Virus record (IMG/VR): IMGVR_UViG_3300025848_000124
Coordinates: 1 to 32,198 of that record
Origin: a virus
Taxonomy: Duplodnaviria; Caudoviricetes
Length of the DNA stretch: 32,198 nucleotides
Direction: 5' to 3' (one strand)
Part shown: in pieces, positions 15,301 to 24,062 of the stretch
Position numbering within the stretch: the first letter of the stretch is position 1
Layout: the number at the start of each line of letters is the position of its first letter
Notes under the pieces: generated by a model
Databases searched by the model: none
Seen by the model: the letters and a program-made list of their open reading frames with translations, nothing else
Told to the model about the DNA's origin: nothing
Position numbers and translations under genes: made by a program

Positions 15301-15851
15301 ATCTTGACCTGCGCGAGATGTCAAAAGCAGACATACCAGTTAATTACAAAATCCCAACTTACGGCACACAAAAAGCTGGAGACTTTGGCAAGTCAGTGGT
15401 GCTTGATGTGCATGAGGCGTCGGGCGAAACGCAAGCAAGTCGCTTTCACCCCTATTTCAGTAAGCAGGGTGGATTTGGCTCAACTGAATATGGCGCTGCA
15501 GAACAGCAAATGCTGGACATCGCTAAAAGCCTGGGCCTGCCTGGCGGTACGGCACAAGCTGGCCGCTGGTTTGGCGGTGGCGAATTAACCGGGTTAGTAT
15601 CGCCCCGCGGTGACGCATTAGATTTACTTGAGCGCCAAGCTGCCTACACGCTTAACGGCATGGGTGTAAAACCTACGCCACGCAATGTGCGCAATTACCT
15701 ACTCGACATGATTGAAACGGGCGAAGGTGTCTTGATGCCTTACTACAGCAAAAAAGTACCGTTGCCTGATGTCCGCACCGAGAAAAAGAAGGGCGGCGCC
15801 GTGAAGAAGTCAGCGCTTGATAGCGTTAAACGAGGATACGAACATGCCTGA
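12315..15851 (+). CDS. Large polyvalent protein (~1178 aa): zincin-like HDxxGH domain, ADP-ribosyltransferase-like domain, HhH-GPD glycosylase-like domain
   Basis: GGAGG SD before ATG 12315; AVHDFFGH..GEETAW (13554), HFS..YFY..GYAG (13968-14312), VLDVH..Y...A..LG....AQAGRW (15405-15570). Domain calls are by motif resemblance only. Confidence 0.65.
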   Translation: MMPNPKKLLETLYGVPMQDGGSPLNRFMGKTPKRGVSSLPGYGQGNILQDIESVSKPLAGGIDAALTGLPIVGRTLVSPAVTAGTFIKEAIKSGDPSDTSPLQRALEASQEFITGDMRPMQTELGPEYLESAAEGLERFIRESKLPPILPQMWTPAAMPGAVGAIKGVAKTTTKANIPEVSAPKAATIPVQGVTYETATEGPFYRVRPSVSQAPAGQRRGTLESDGTQAGQRPAGGTGSDVPQPITNEAVQQVMADPANFVRQSADTYVQEAFGRPYELPEISESSIFKQAPIGRAFMLATTEDPTYKQTIFNEYARQMPDVVKESGAKNYDELLAASYKQLAKETDEQFKRLPISLSYHRAGEGNYRNSKQMLQDVYGNKHLYVFQGGDEHPYLKTVDPETGLNENEKFRAVHDFFGHAVHGNEFGPKGEETAWAAHSQMYSPLARLAMSTETRGQNSTVNYTPLNAALKRTINELNMQRYEANRRGKTELVKEIDSQLKEAWNGFQFAPQKPVLLPPEFLSTKYEGEMPDYLRGLIKPEEGTFVNMPMMHFSKQAGLTETDPAFYGTGIKGEEAARLAGTGSVRPRTYFYTDESVTPEPGLGPHRYRAMGENLYDLTADPLMLNMLARETTRIPMTASSNKGLAQPTEATNALERLIRDYGYAGYINPQSTKPSAVMFGKVPVTPYKQGGPMRRIHISDNLDTMALELAMGGAVRMAGGGKLEKIAKASKAAAFTARELRSEANKVAKAIAKEDPKMAPEDVQKRAAAIAEKNLTWTKQQKPAIEKKFGKLIDAPASASIGDRLQNVPEVVERRAQKAEEFLAQPTEPWQPPRAELQAFDRSLIKDAMEGFPGIEQTAFPRYSPPRANIGYIEEIYQDPRNRALIEAQIKRGLPLGGETFYASLYPMKMAALERGIPEEKFNQFIYSTAPASARNSILNEMAVGQFLRDMNARGLPLDEETVKREMEAFKQKYGTGLPLMPVHREGVRNVLEGNLDLREMSKADIPVNYKIPTYGTQKAGDFGKSVVLDVHEASGETQASRFHPYFSKQGGFGSTEYGAAEQQMLDIAKSLGLPGGTAQAGRWFGGGELTGLVSPRGDALDLLERQAAYTLNGMGVKPTPRNVRNYLLDMIETGEGVLMPYYSKKVPLPDVRTEKKKGGAVKKSALDSVKRGYEHA

Positions 15852-18411
15852 GATGCCTATTGAGCAGGACTATGGCCGCTTCATTAGCGGTATGGCCGAT
15901 GACGAGGTGCCCGTTGCTGATATGTCAGCCGAGTTACCTGATGAAGATGCAGAAATCGAAGAACTTCCTGATGGCTCTGCTGTTGTCCGCATGGAAGACA
16001 CCAAGGGACCACTTGAAGACCCAGACTTTTATGAAAACCTAGCTGAGGTCATCGATCCCTTTACGCTTGACAGCATGGCTGTTAAGTATCTTGACCTGCT
16101 AGAGAAGGATAAGCAGGCTCGAGAAGACCGTGACAAGCAATACGAAGAGGGATTAAAGCGCACTGGTATGGGCAAAGACGCCCCTGGTGGCGCTACATTC
16201 TTTGGTGCCAGCAAAGTAGTCCACCCTGTCATGGCAGAAGCCTGTGTGGACTTTGCAAGCCGTGCCATTAAAGAGCTTTTCCCGCCTGATGGCCCAGTCA
16301 AAACCAAGATCCTTGGCGAGAATGACGAGGAAAAAGTCAAACGTGCTGAGCGTAAGCGCGACTGGATGAACTGGCAGCTTACTGAGCAGATCGAAGAATT
16401 CCGCGATGAGCAAGAGCAAATGCTCACGCAACTGCCTTTGGGCGGCTCTCAGTACCTCAAGATGTACTGGGATGACAAAAAACTGCGTCCGGTGGCTGAA
16501 TTTCTGCCCATTGATAAGGTTTTGATCCCCTTTGCCGCAACGAATTTCTACACCGCACAACGTGCAGCAGAGATTCATGACATTACTGGCTGGGAATTTG
16601 AGCAACGCATTGCTGCAGGCCTGTATCGAGACATCAGCCTGACTCGCGTTTCCATGGAGCCGGAGCCAACACGGCCAGAAAAGGCCAACAACAAGATCGA
16701 AGGCCGCAAGGCAGACGAGAATATTGACGGCATGCGCCGTGTTTTCCACATTTACACCTGGCTTGAGCTTGAAGATGACAGCTATGCCAAGGGTGAAATG
16801 GCGCCCTACATCCTGATGGTTGATGAAATCGACCGTGAAGTGGTCGGTTTGTACCGAAACTGGGAAGAGGGCGATGAAACGATGACCAAATTGGACTGGG
16901 TCGTCGAATTTAAGTTCATTCCATGGCGTGGTGCTTACGCTATCGGGATGCCGCACCTCATTGGAGGCCTGGCAGCAGCCCTTACAGGCTCCTTACGGGC
17001 GCTTTTAGACTCTGCTCACATCAATAATGCGCCGGCAACGCTCAAACTGAAGGGCGCAAAGATCTCTGGCCAGTCTGTACAGGCTGATGTGACGCAAGTT
17101 GTTGAGATTGAAGGTGCGCCAGGCGTTGATGACATTCGCAAGATTGCGATGCCGATGCCGTTTAACCCACCCAGCCCTGTGTTATTTGAGCTTTTAGGCT
17201 TCTTAGACAAGGCTGCCAAGGGTGTTGTGACGACGGCAGAAGAAAAGATCGCTGATATAACGGCACAGGCTCCTGTAGGCACCACACAAGCACTGATTGA
17301 GCAGGGTGCCGCTGTCTTTTCTGCTATCCACGCTCGTTTACACGCCTCACAAGGCCGTGTACTGAAGATTTTGCAGCGCCTTAACCGCTGGTACATGCAA
17401 GACATGCGCCGCGGTGAGCAAGTAGTTGATCTTGAGGTCCAGCCAGGCGACTTTTCACGCATGGGAGACGTTGTGCCGGTGTCTGACCCGCACATCTTCT
17501 CTGAAACGCAGCGCATGGCGCAGATTCAGGCAGTCTTGGCACGATCAGACAAGGCACCAGACCTTTATGACCGTCGCGCCGTTGAAGAGCGTCTCTTAAA
17601 GCAGCTAAAGATTCCTGGCATCAATGAATTGCTCAAAGGTACACCGGCACCTGAAGAAAGAACGGCTGCTGATGAGAACGTAGCCATGGCATTAGGTCAG
17701 AATGCTTACGCTTACCCGCACCAAGACCAGTTAGCACACCTGCAAGCGCACTTAGACTTTGCACTAGACCCTGCCTTTGGCCAAAACCCCATCATGGCAT
17801 CGTTCTATCTGCCTCGAGTCCTTGAGCACATCAAGCAGCACATGGTCCTTTGGTATCTTGGCCGCATGAATGGCTACCTAAGCAAGGCTCGTGGCGAACC
17901 CATGGCCGAGAGCGACTATGAGAACAAGCAACTGACTGCAGAGATTGACAAGACCTTTGCCATTGCATCACGCCATGTCATGCAAGACAGCCAGGCCGCA
18001 TTCAATCAAGTCGTGCCAAAGCTTCAGCAATTGATGCAGGCCATGCAGCAGCTTACGCCACAGCCTCAGTTACCGCCTGAAGCGCAAGTGCTCAAGGAAA
18101 CCAGCCTGGCAGAGACTCAGCGCCGCGCACAGCGCGATCAGGCTGAGATGCAACTCAAAGGTGCCGACATGCAGCAACGTGGCCAGATTGACATGGCACG
18201 ACTGCAGGGCGACCAACAACGCGCAGCCCAGCGTGATCAGTTGGATGTGGCGCTTAACGCTACAAACAACCTCACCAAGGAGCGCATAGCAACTGCACAA
18301 CTCACCCAGAAGGATGAGCAATTGCAGGCAGAGCAGTATGAGACTGCTATCCGGCTTCAAAACGAAGCCCAACGAAACTTAGGAGCTAATCGTGGCCCAA
18401 CCATCCAGTAA
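15844..18411 (+). CDS. Portal protein with long Gln-rich coiled-coil C-terminal barrel
   Basis: Position after terL; size ~855 aa; HPVMAEACVDF, GPVKTKI, LLDSAHINNAP, APVGTTQALIEQG; GAGGA SD before ATG 15844. Confidence 0.85.
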   Translation: MPEMPIEQDYGRFISGMADDEVPVADMSAELPDEDAEIEELPDGSAVVRMEDTKGPLEDPDFYENLAEVIDPFTLDSMAVKYLDLLEKDKQAREDRDKQYEEGLKRTGMGKDAPGGATFFGASKVVHPVMAEACVDFASRAIKELFPPDGPVKTKILGENDEEKVKRAERKRDWMNWQLTEQIEEFRDEQEQMLTQLPLGGSQYLKMYWDDKKLRPVAEFLPIDKVLIPFAATNFYTAQRAAEIHDITGWEFEQRIAAGLYRDISLTRVSMEPEPTRPEKANNKIEGRKADENIDGMRRVFHIYTWLELEDDSYAKGEMAPYILMVDEIDREVVGLYRNWEEGDETMTKLDWVVEFKFIPWRGAYAIGMPHLIGGLAAALTGSLRALLDSAHINNAPATLKLKGAKISGQSVQADVTQVVEIEGAPGVDDIRKIAMPMPFNPPSPVLFELLGFLDKAAKGVVTTAEEKIADITAQAPVGTTQALIEQGAAVFSAIHARLHASQGRVLKILQRLNRWYMQDMRRGEQVVDLEVQPGDFSRMGDVVPVSDPHIFSETQRMAQIQAVLARSDKAPDLYDRRAVEERLLKQLKIPGINELLKGTPAPEERTAADENVAMALGQNAYAYPHQDQLAHLQAHLDFALDPAFGQNPIMASFYLPRVLEHIKQHMVLWYLGRMNGYLSKARGEPMAESDYENKQLTAEIDKTFAIASRHVMQDSQAAFNQVVPKLQQLMQAMQQLTPQPQLPPEAQVLKETSLAETQRRAQRDQAEMQLKGADMQQRGQIDMARLQGDQQRAAQRDQLDVALNATNNLTKERIATAQLTQKDEQLQAEQYETAIRLQNEAQRNLGANRGPTIQ

Positions 18412-18553
18412 CAACCTGAAAGACCAAGAAGCCGTGCCCTATCACAAGCGTATTGCCATGGGCGCAAACCTTGACGGCACAAGCCTGCAGTCTAAAGGCC
18501 AAACCCAACAACCCAAGACCAAAGGAGGCGCACTGCCCACTAAGAAAAAATGA
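18392..18553 (+). CDS. Small basic protein, 53 aa (GTG start; ...VPYHKRIAMG...TKGGALPTKKK)
   Basis: Manual translation; AGGAG SD; fills gap, ATGA overlap with next gene. Confidence 0.6.
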   Translation: MAQPSSNNLKDQEAVPYHKRIAMGANLDGTSLQSKGQTQQPKTKGGALPTKKK

Positions 18554-18735
18554 ACCCTATAGCGGACTTAATCCGTGACATCAAGATGCGCCAAGCTGAA
18601 ATAAGCGGTTCTCTTGCAGCAGGCAATGCTGCGACATGGGAGGCGTATCAACGCACGGTCGGAATCAATCTGGGGCTGACTGAAGCACTCCGGATGATTG
18701 AATCAATTTTGAAGGATGAAGATGAAGATGAATGA
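18550..18735 (+). CDS. Small conserved head-module protein
   Basis: ORF track; L..G....E.YQ..VG...GL pattern; between portal and GroES-like gene. Confidence 0.75.
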   Translation: MNPIADLIRDIKMRQAEISGSLAAGNAATWEAYQRTVGINLGLTEALRMIESILKDEDEDE

Positions 18736-19159
18736 ACCAGTAGCTTCTAACGAAGCTGAGATGGCTTGGGCATTTCCGAGCGTAGATCCTGGTGCGAAAC
18801 CTCTTGGTGGTCGTGTGATGGTACAGATCCGTCGCTCCAAGAAGAAAACCACTAAGGCGGGTATTTTGTTGGTTGAAGAAACCAAAGAGACAGAGAAGTG
18901 GAATACGCAGGTGGCCAAGGTTATCGAGGTTGGACCTCTTGCGTTTTGTCACCGTGACACGATGCAGCAGTGGCCTGAAGGCTCTTGGTGCAAGGTCGGT
19001 GACTTTATCCGCGTACCCAAATGGGGTGGCGATCGCTGGGAAGTAAGGGTGCCTGGCGAAGACCAAAACGAAGATCCGGCGCTCTTTATGATCGTTAATG
19101 ATCATGAGGTTATTGCCAAGATCACGGGCAACCCCCTTGAGACGCGAGCCTTCCTATGA
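18728..19159 (+). CDS. groES: Phage-encoded GroES/Cpn10 co-chaperonin-like protein
   Basis: PLGGRVMV, TKAGILL mobile loop, AKVIEVGP, KVGDFI...KWGG, IVNDHEVIAKI. Confidence 0.85.
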   Translation: MNEPVASNEAEMAWAFPSVDPGAKPLGGRVMVQIRRSKKKTTKAGILLVEETKETEKWNTQVAKVIEVGPLAFCHRDTMQQWPEGSWCKVGDFIRVPKWGGDRWEVRVPGEDQNEDPALFMIVNDHEVIAKITGNPLETRAFL

Positions 19160-20106
19160 GCAACGAACATGAAGAAAATATTCCGATCAAGGAGGAAGCG
19201 GATGGCTCGGTCACCGTTGAACTTCCTGATTCGGTTCAAGTTGCGGCGGACGATGACCAAAGCGACAAGACTGAAAGCAGCGATGTTCCTGGCGATGATG
19301 ATCCCCCTAACGCTGACGAACTCGATTCCTTACGGGCTGCCCGGCGCGAGCGTAGGCGTGCGAAGAAGGACTTAGTCCGCAAGACACAGGCCGAGAAGGA
19401 TGAGCGCCTGCAATTGCTGCAGCGCCAAAACCAAGAGTTGATGGAGCGCTTAGCAGTCGTTGAGCAACGCACTCACGCCAACGATCTCGCACAAATCGAC
19501 AAGGCTATGCAAGATGGCGAACTTCGTGTGCGATATGCCAAGATGAAGTTGGCTGAGGCTGTGCAAGCACAAGATGGCGAAGCCGCTGCCCAAGCCAATG
19601 AAATGCTGCTTGATGAGCGCCAAAAGCTTGAGGCTCTTAAGAACTTCAAGCAAAAGGCAGTTCAGCCACAGCAAAAGGCAAACATCCCCGATGCAAGCGT
19701 TCAAAAGCAAATCGCTAACTGGATGCAACGCAACCCATGGTTCGACCCTGAGCGCAAAGATATGGATAGCAAGATTGCTAAACAGATCGATGAGCAGCTT
19801 AATGCTGAGGGTTGGAATCCCGCAACTCGAGAGTATTGGGACGAGATGGACAACCGCTTGCGGAAATACATCCCGCATCAGTACAATGACGACTATGAGG
19901 ATGATTCTCCTCGACGTAGACCCAGGAGTGCTGTGACAAGTTCTGGCCGTGAGAATGCAGCGTCAGCAGGTGGACGCCAAACCTTCATGCTAACCCCTGA
20001 TCAGGTTAAAGCCATGAAGGATGCCGGCTTTTGGGACGACCCCAAAAAACGGATGAGCATGATCAAGCGTTACGCTGAACAGAAATCACAGAACCCAAGG
20101 AGCTAG
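19156..20106 (+). CDS. Putative capsid scaffolding protein
   Basis: Acidic N-terminus, long coiled coil, W...NPWF motif, basic C-terminal helix; upstream of MCP. Confidence 0.65.
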   Translation: MSNEHEENIPIKEEADGSVTVELPDSVQVAADDDQSDKTESSDVPGDDDPPNADELDSLRAARRERRRAKKDLVRKTQAEKDERLQLLQRQNQELMERLAVVEQRTHANDLAQIDKAMQDGELRVRYAKMKLAEAVQAQDGEAAAQANEMLLDERQKLEALKNFKQKAVQPQQKANIPDASVQKQIANWMQRNPWFDPERKDMDSKIAKQIDEQLNAEGWNPATREYWDEMDNRLRKYIPHQYNDDYEDDSPRRRPRSAVTSSGRENAASAGGRQTFMLTPDQVKAMKDAGFWDDPKKRMSMIKRYAEQKSQNPRS

Positions 20107-20108
20107 TC

Positions 20109-20657
20109 ATGGAATCACGCCTTAAAAAATCTCTTACTGCTGGTGGCCGTCATACTCGCGCAAGCGAAGATCACTCGCGCTTGCCAGCAGAAGAATCGTT
20201 CGCTAGTACACAGGACATTGACCAAATGTGGAGTGACGAGTGGACACAAACCGCGCTGCCAAAAGTCCCAGATATACCTGGATGGCATTTGTGCTGGCTT
20301 TCCACCACCAATAGCTACGACACCATTGATAAACGGATTCGCCTTGGGTACGTTCCTGTGCTTGCAGATGAGTTACCTGGGTACGATAATTACCGTGTAA
20401 AAGCTGGCGAGCATGTGGGCCACATCTCCTGCAATGAGATGTTGCTGTTCAAGATCCCCATGGACCTCTACCAGAAGGTCATGACGCACTTCCATTACCA
20501 AAAGCCAATGGAAGCAACCCAAGCGATCATGGAGCGTATGGAAGAGTTACAGCAGGGTGTTGACAGTTCAGGACATCGACTCCTGAAGACGGAAGGCGAA
20601 GGCTTTAGCAGTGTTGGAAAACAATCCATTAACCGACCCCCGACTTTCGAGGGTTAA
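20109..20657 (+). CDS. Conserved hypothetical head-module protein
   Basis: ORF track; AAGGAG SD; P.IPGWHLCW..RLGY.PV motif. Confidence 0.75.
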   Translation: MESRLKKSLTAGGRHTRASEDHSRLPAEESFASTQDIDQMWSDEWTQTALPKVPDIPGWHLCWLSTTNSYDTIDKRIRLGYVPVLADELPGYDNYRVKAGEHVGHISCNEMLLFKIPMDLYQKVMTHFHYQKPMEATQAIMERMEELQQGVDSSGHRLLKTEGEGFSSVGKQSINRPPTFEG

Positions 20658-20671
20658 CCTGGAGTTACCAA

Positions 20672-21286
20672 ATGTCTGCAACATCCGCACCATTTGGCTT
20701 GCGCCCTGCGTATCACCCCAGCGGTCTCGACCGTGCGCAGGGGCTTGCCAATATCATTGAGTCTGGGTATGCCCAAGACTTACTTAAAGGCCAGGCTGTC
20801 AAACTTGATACCGCAAATACTGGGTATATCGTTCGCGCAGCAGGTACCGATGCAATCTACGGCGTCTTTGATGGCGTAGAGTGGACCGATACAACTGGTC
20901 GCCGTCGCGTTTCCAACTACTGGCCTGCCAATACGGCTTACCAGACTGGATCGTTGATTGCCTATATCTGGACTGATCCTCAAGTCGTTTATGAGATTCA
21001 GGCTAACGGCTCTATCGCTCAAACAGCAATCGGCCAAGAGTTTGACATCACCAGTCCTTATGCAGGCTCTTCGACCACTGGTCTGTCGCAGTCTCTAATG
21101 GATACGACTGCAGCTTCTGTCAACACCAGCAGAGTTTTGCGTGTGATTGACTTGGCTCCGTACCCCGGCAATGCTTGGGGTGACGCGTACACCATCGTCC
21201 GTGTGCAAATCGCTAAGTTCCAGTACAACGGAACCTACGATACTGGCGCTACGGCTGTGGTTTACCCCGTAACCATTAAAGTGTAA
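20672..21286 (+). CDS. Putative capsid decoration/minor head protein
   Basis: APFGLRP N-terminus, beta-rich; directly upstream of MCP. Confidence 0.65.
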   Translation: MSATSAPFGLRPAYHPSGLDRAQGLANIIESGYAQDLLKGQAVKLDTANTGYIVRAAGTDAIYGVFDGVEWTDTTGRRRVSNYWPANTAYQTGSLIAYIWTDPQVVYEIQANGSIAQTAIGQEFDITSPYAGSSTTGLSQSLMDTTAASVNTSRVLRVIDLAPYPGNAWGDAYTIVRVQIAKFQYNGTYDTGATAVVYPVTIKV

Positions 21287-21299
21287 GGAGGGCTAGATC

Positions 21300-22217
21300 A
21301 TGGCAGCCCCAATGCGCAGTACAGACTTTCGTTCGATTGTTGAGCCAATCCTCAACGAGTGTTTTGACGGAGTCTATGATCAACGTGCCGATGAGTGGAG
21401 TCGTGTTTTCCGCGAGCAGGACGGCATTCCCCGTAACTACCACGAAGAGCCGGTCCTGTACGGTTTCGGTTTGGCACCGTTGCTTCCTGACGGCAGCCCC
21501 GTAACCTATCAACAGGGTGGCGTACTCTTCCTCAAGCGCTATGTGTATGCAGTCTATGGTCTGGCCTTCGCGCTGACCAAAGTGCTTGTTGAAGACGGCG
21601 ACCATATCCGCATCGGTTCAGTCTATGCTCGTCATCTTGCACAGTCTTTGGTTGAGACCAAAGAAACCCTGTGCGCCAACGTGCTGAACAACGCCTTCAC
21701 AGGCGGTCAGTATGCTGGTGGCGACGGCGTAGCTCTGAATAGCGCTTCGCACCCCATCGTTAACGGCACCTTCAGCAACTTGCTGACCAACGCCGCTGTT
21801 CTCAGCCAGACCTCGCTTGAGCAAATGCTCATCCAGATCCGTCAGGCAGTGGACAACAACGGCAAGAAGATCCGCCTTGTGCCACGACAGCTTGTCGTTG
21901 CTCCTGGCAACATCTTCCAGGCAGAGGTTCTCCTGAAGTCGGTTCTCCGTGCTGGCCAAGCAAACAACGACATTAACCCAGTTAAATCCATCGGCTTGCT
22001 CGATGAAGGCGCTGCGGTTCTGTCGCGTTTGACCTCGGCAACTGCATGGTGGGTCCAGACCGATGCACCTGAAGGCATGAAGCTGATGATGCGTCGCCGT
22101 TTGGAGAAGACCATGGAAGGTGACTTTGAAACCGACACCATGCGCTACAAGGCAACTGAGCGTTATGACGTTGGCTTCACTGATCCTCGTGCCATGTACG
22201 GTACGCCAGGCGTCTAA
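21300..22217 (+). CDS. Major capsid protein (HK97 fold, Mu gpT-like)
   Basis: 305 aa; GGDGVALNSASHP, P..LVVAP, LTSATAWWV.TD, ERY.VG.TDPR..YG; strong SD AAGGAGG. Confidence 0.88.
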   Translation: MAAPMRSTDFRSIVEPILNECFDGVYDQRADEWSRVFREQDGIPRNYHEEPVLYGFGLAPLLPDGSPVTYQQGGVLFLKRYVYAVYGLAFALTKVLVEDGDHIRIGSVYARHLAQSLVETKETLCANVLNNAFTGGQYAGGDGVALNSASHPIVNGTFSNLLTNAAVLSQTSLEQMLIQIRQAVDNNGKKIRLVPRQLVVAPGNIFQAEVLLKSVLRAGQANNDINPVKSIGLLDEGAAVLSRLTSATAWWVQTDAPEGMKLMMRRRLEKTMEGDFETDTMRYKATERYDVGFTDPRAMYGTPGV

Positions 22218-22225
22218 GGAAACCA

Positions 22226-22247
22226 GGGGGCTTAGGCCCCCGCTTTA
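22226..22247 (+). terminator. GC hairpin after MCP, weak terminator or processing/stability element
   Basis: GGGGGC-TTAG-GCCCCC then GCTTTA. Confidence 0.5.
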
Positions 22248-22260
22248 TAGGAGTTAAGGT

Positions 22261-22944
22261 ATGACTACGACTCGGTTTCCTAATGGGGTCACCAATGTGA
22301 GTGAGCAGTCGCTGTTTGCCGAATTAGGACAGCCAGCAGCTACGCTTTATCACACTTACTTTGAAGACTTCGATTACTACACGGCAGCGAATTGGACCGT
22401 AACGGAAACGCAAGCAGGAGCAACGCAAGCGCTTACCGACGGCGATGGCGGTTTATTGCTATTGACCAATACGGCTGCTGACAATGATTTAGTCTCCTTG
22501 CAAAAGGTTGGCGAGTCATTCCGTTTTGCCAGCGGCAAGCCCCTGTTCTTTGAAGCACGCTTCAAGGTCAGCGATGCCACGCAATCGGATGTAGTGATTG
22601 GCCTTCAAATCACTGACACGACCCCGCTTGATGTGACCGATGGTGTGTTCTTCATTAAGGCTGATGGCGCCGCAACAGTTGACTTCCTTGTTGAGAAAAA
22701 CAACACGGCAACGACTGCCAGCGCTATTGCTACGATGGCTAACGACACTTTCATCCGTCTTGGCTTTTACTATGACGGCGCTTCGGCAGTTCAATACTTT
22801 GTCAATGGCACTTACACAGGCTCTTCGGTAACGACGAACCTGCCAGACGATGAAGATATGACTGTCACCATCGCAATCCAGAATGGCGAGGCAGCAGCCA
22901 AAACCATGACGGTGGACTACGTTTATGTAGCCAAGGAGCGGTAA
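22261..22944 (+). CDS. Putative virion structural protein, beta-sandwich (lectin-like)
   Basis: TTRFPNGVTN N-terminus; Thr/Asp/aromatic beta-strand pattern; follows MCP. Confidence 0.7.
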   Translation: MTTTRFPNGVTNVSEQSLFAELGQPAATLYHTYFEDFDYYTAANWTVTETQAGATQALTDGDGGLLLLTNTAADNDLVSLQKVGESFRFASGKPLFFEARFKVSDATQSDVVIGLQITDTTPLDVTDGVFFIKADGAATVDFLVEKNNTATTASAIATMANDTFIRLGFYYDGASAVQYFVNGTYTGSSVTTNLPDDEDMTVTIAIQNGEAAAKTMTVDYVYVAKER

Positions 22945-22946
22945 TC

Positions 22947-24020
22947 ATGGGCCAATTCAAGCCAATGGTGAAGATGTATACCACCGAGCCTTCAGTTGAA
23001 CTGAAGCTCAAGAAAGGTGGTCATGTGTCCATGAAAGGCAAGGCCAAAGATGGCCACAAGATGATGAACGGCGGTGTGATGACAGGGCTTGCTGAAGGCC
23101 CCGCTCCCACCCGCATGCAGATGGGTCAGGGCACGTTGCCTGGCCGCGCACCTGCACGCCCATCACTTGCCATGCGCCGTAAGATGGCTCGCCCCATGAT
23201 GAAAGAAGGCGGTGAAAGTAAGGCCGAGCATGCAGCCGAAATGAAAAAGATGATGGGCACTGAAGCCAAGCTCAAAAAGCACGCTTCTATGCCCGCATCA
23301 AAAGCTCATAAAGGCCTTAAGGCTGGTGGCTATGCATCAACCAAGATGCACACCGCAACGCCTGATCATGCTAAAGGCCCAACGGGTGAAGTTAAGGAAG
23401 GCAAACCTGGTGGCTATGCTACCGGCGGCGCAATCCCTAGCGAAACTCGCCGCGGCACTCCTGCCACAACCATTGTTGACCAAGCCAAGAAGGATACGGC
23501 TCACGGTACGGGTGGTGTGCGCATGGGTAATGCTGGTGGCTTCAAGAAGGGTGGCAAAGCGAAATACGCAAAGGGTGGCGGCGTTGAGAACAATATCTCA
23601 ACATCCAAGCCTGGCGTAACGAATACCACCACCGGTGAAGTCAAAGAGGCCAATGCTGGCGGCTACAAGAAAGGTGGTGCCTTAAAAAAGCACTACGCTA
23701 CGGGGGGGCTTGTTGATTCAGGCAAACCCGTAGCCTACCCCAAGCATCCAGTATCGAAGCCTGTAGCGAACAATCTGCAATCGGGCACCTTCAAGAAGGG
23801 CGGTAAGGTTAAATACGCACCTGGCGGTGATGTATCCAAGCCTGTTGCTGATCCTGAGGCCACGGCAGCGAAAGCAAGTCGTGAACTCGAGGATGCATTG
23901 AATCCCATTAGCATGATCAAAGAGCTAGGTGGCAAGTTGATGGATAAGATCCGCGGTAAGGGATCGATTACCGAGACCAAAGAATCGGTCACGATGACAC
24001 CACCACGGGCTAGGCGCTAA
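22947..24020 (+). CDS. Lys/Gly-rich low-complexity protein with 11 [YFLM]xxGG repeats; probable internal head protein; -1 frameshift site inside
   Basis: AAGGAG SD; repeats LKKGG, MMNGG, MKEGG, LKAGG, YATGG x2, FKKGG x2, YAKGG, YKKGG, YAPGG. Confidence 0.8.
   Translation: MGQFKPMVKMYTTEPSVELKLKKGGHVSMKGKAKDGHKMMNGGVMTGLAEGPAPTRMQMGQGTLPGRAPARPSLAMRRKMARPMMKEGGESKAEHAAEMKKMMGTEAKLKKHASMPASKAHKGLKAGGYASTKMHTATPDHAKGPTGEVKEGKPGGYATGGAIPSETRRGTPATTIVDQAKKDTAHGTGGVRMGNAGGFKKGGKAKYAKGGGVENNISTSKPGVTNTTTGEVKEANAGGYKKGGALKKHYATGGLVDSGKPVAYPKHPVSKPVANNLQSGTFKKGGKVKYAPGGDVSKPVADPEATAAKASRELEDALNPISMIKELGGKLMDKIRGKGSITETKESVTMTPPRARR
23684..23734 (+). other. Programmed -1 ribosomal frameshift signal (A_AAA_AAG plus downstream hairpin)
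   Basis: In-frame A AAA AAG 23684-23690, 6 nt spacer, stem GCTACGGG (23697-23704)/CCCGTAGC (23727-23734). Confidence 0.7.
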
Positions 24021-24023
24021 ACA

Positions 24024-24043
24024 GCGGGGGCTTCGGCCCCTGC
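24024..24043 (+). terminator. UUCG-tetraloop GC hairpin, weak terminator or stability element
   Basis: GCGGGGGC-TTCG-GCCCCTGC, short T tail. Confidence 0.5.
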
Positions 24044-24062
24044 TTCACATGGAAGAATAGCC

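Noticed and set aside
11086-17516. Long antisense ORFs 11086-11742, 16153-16956 and 17016-17516
   Set aside because: Antisense shadows of terL and portal caused by codon bias.
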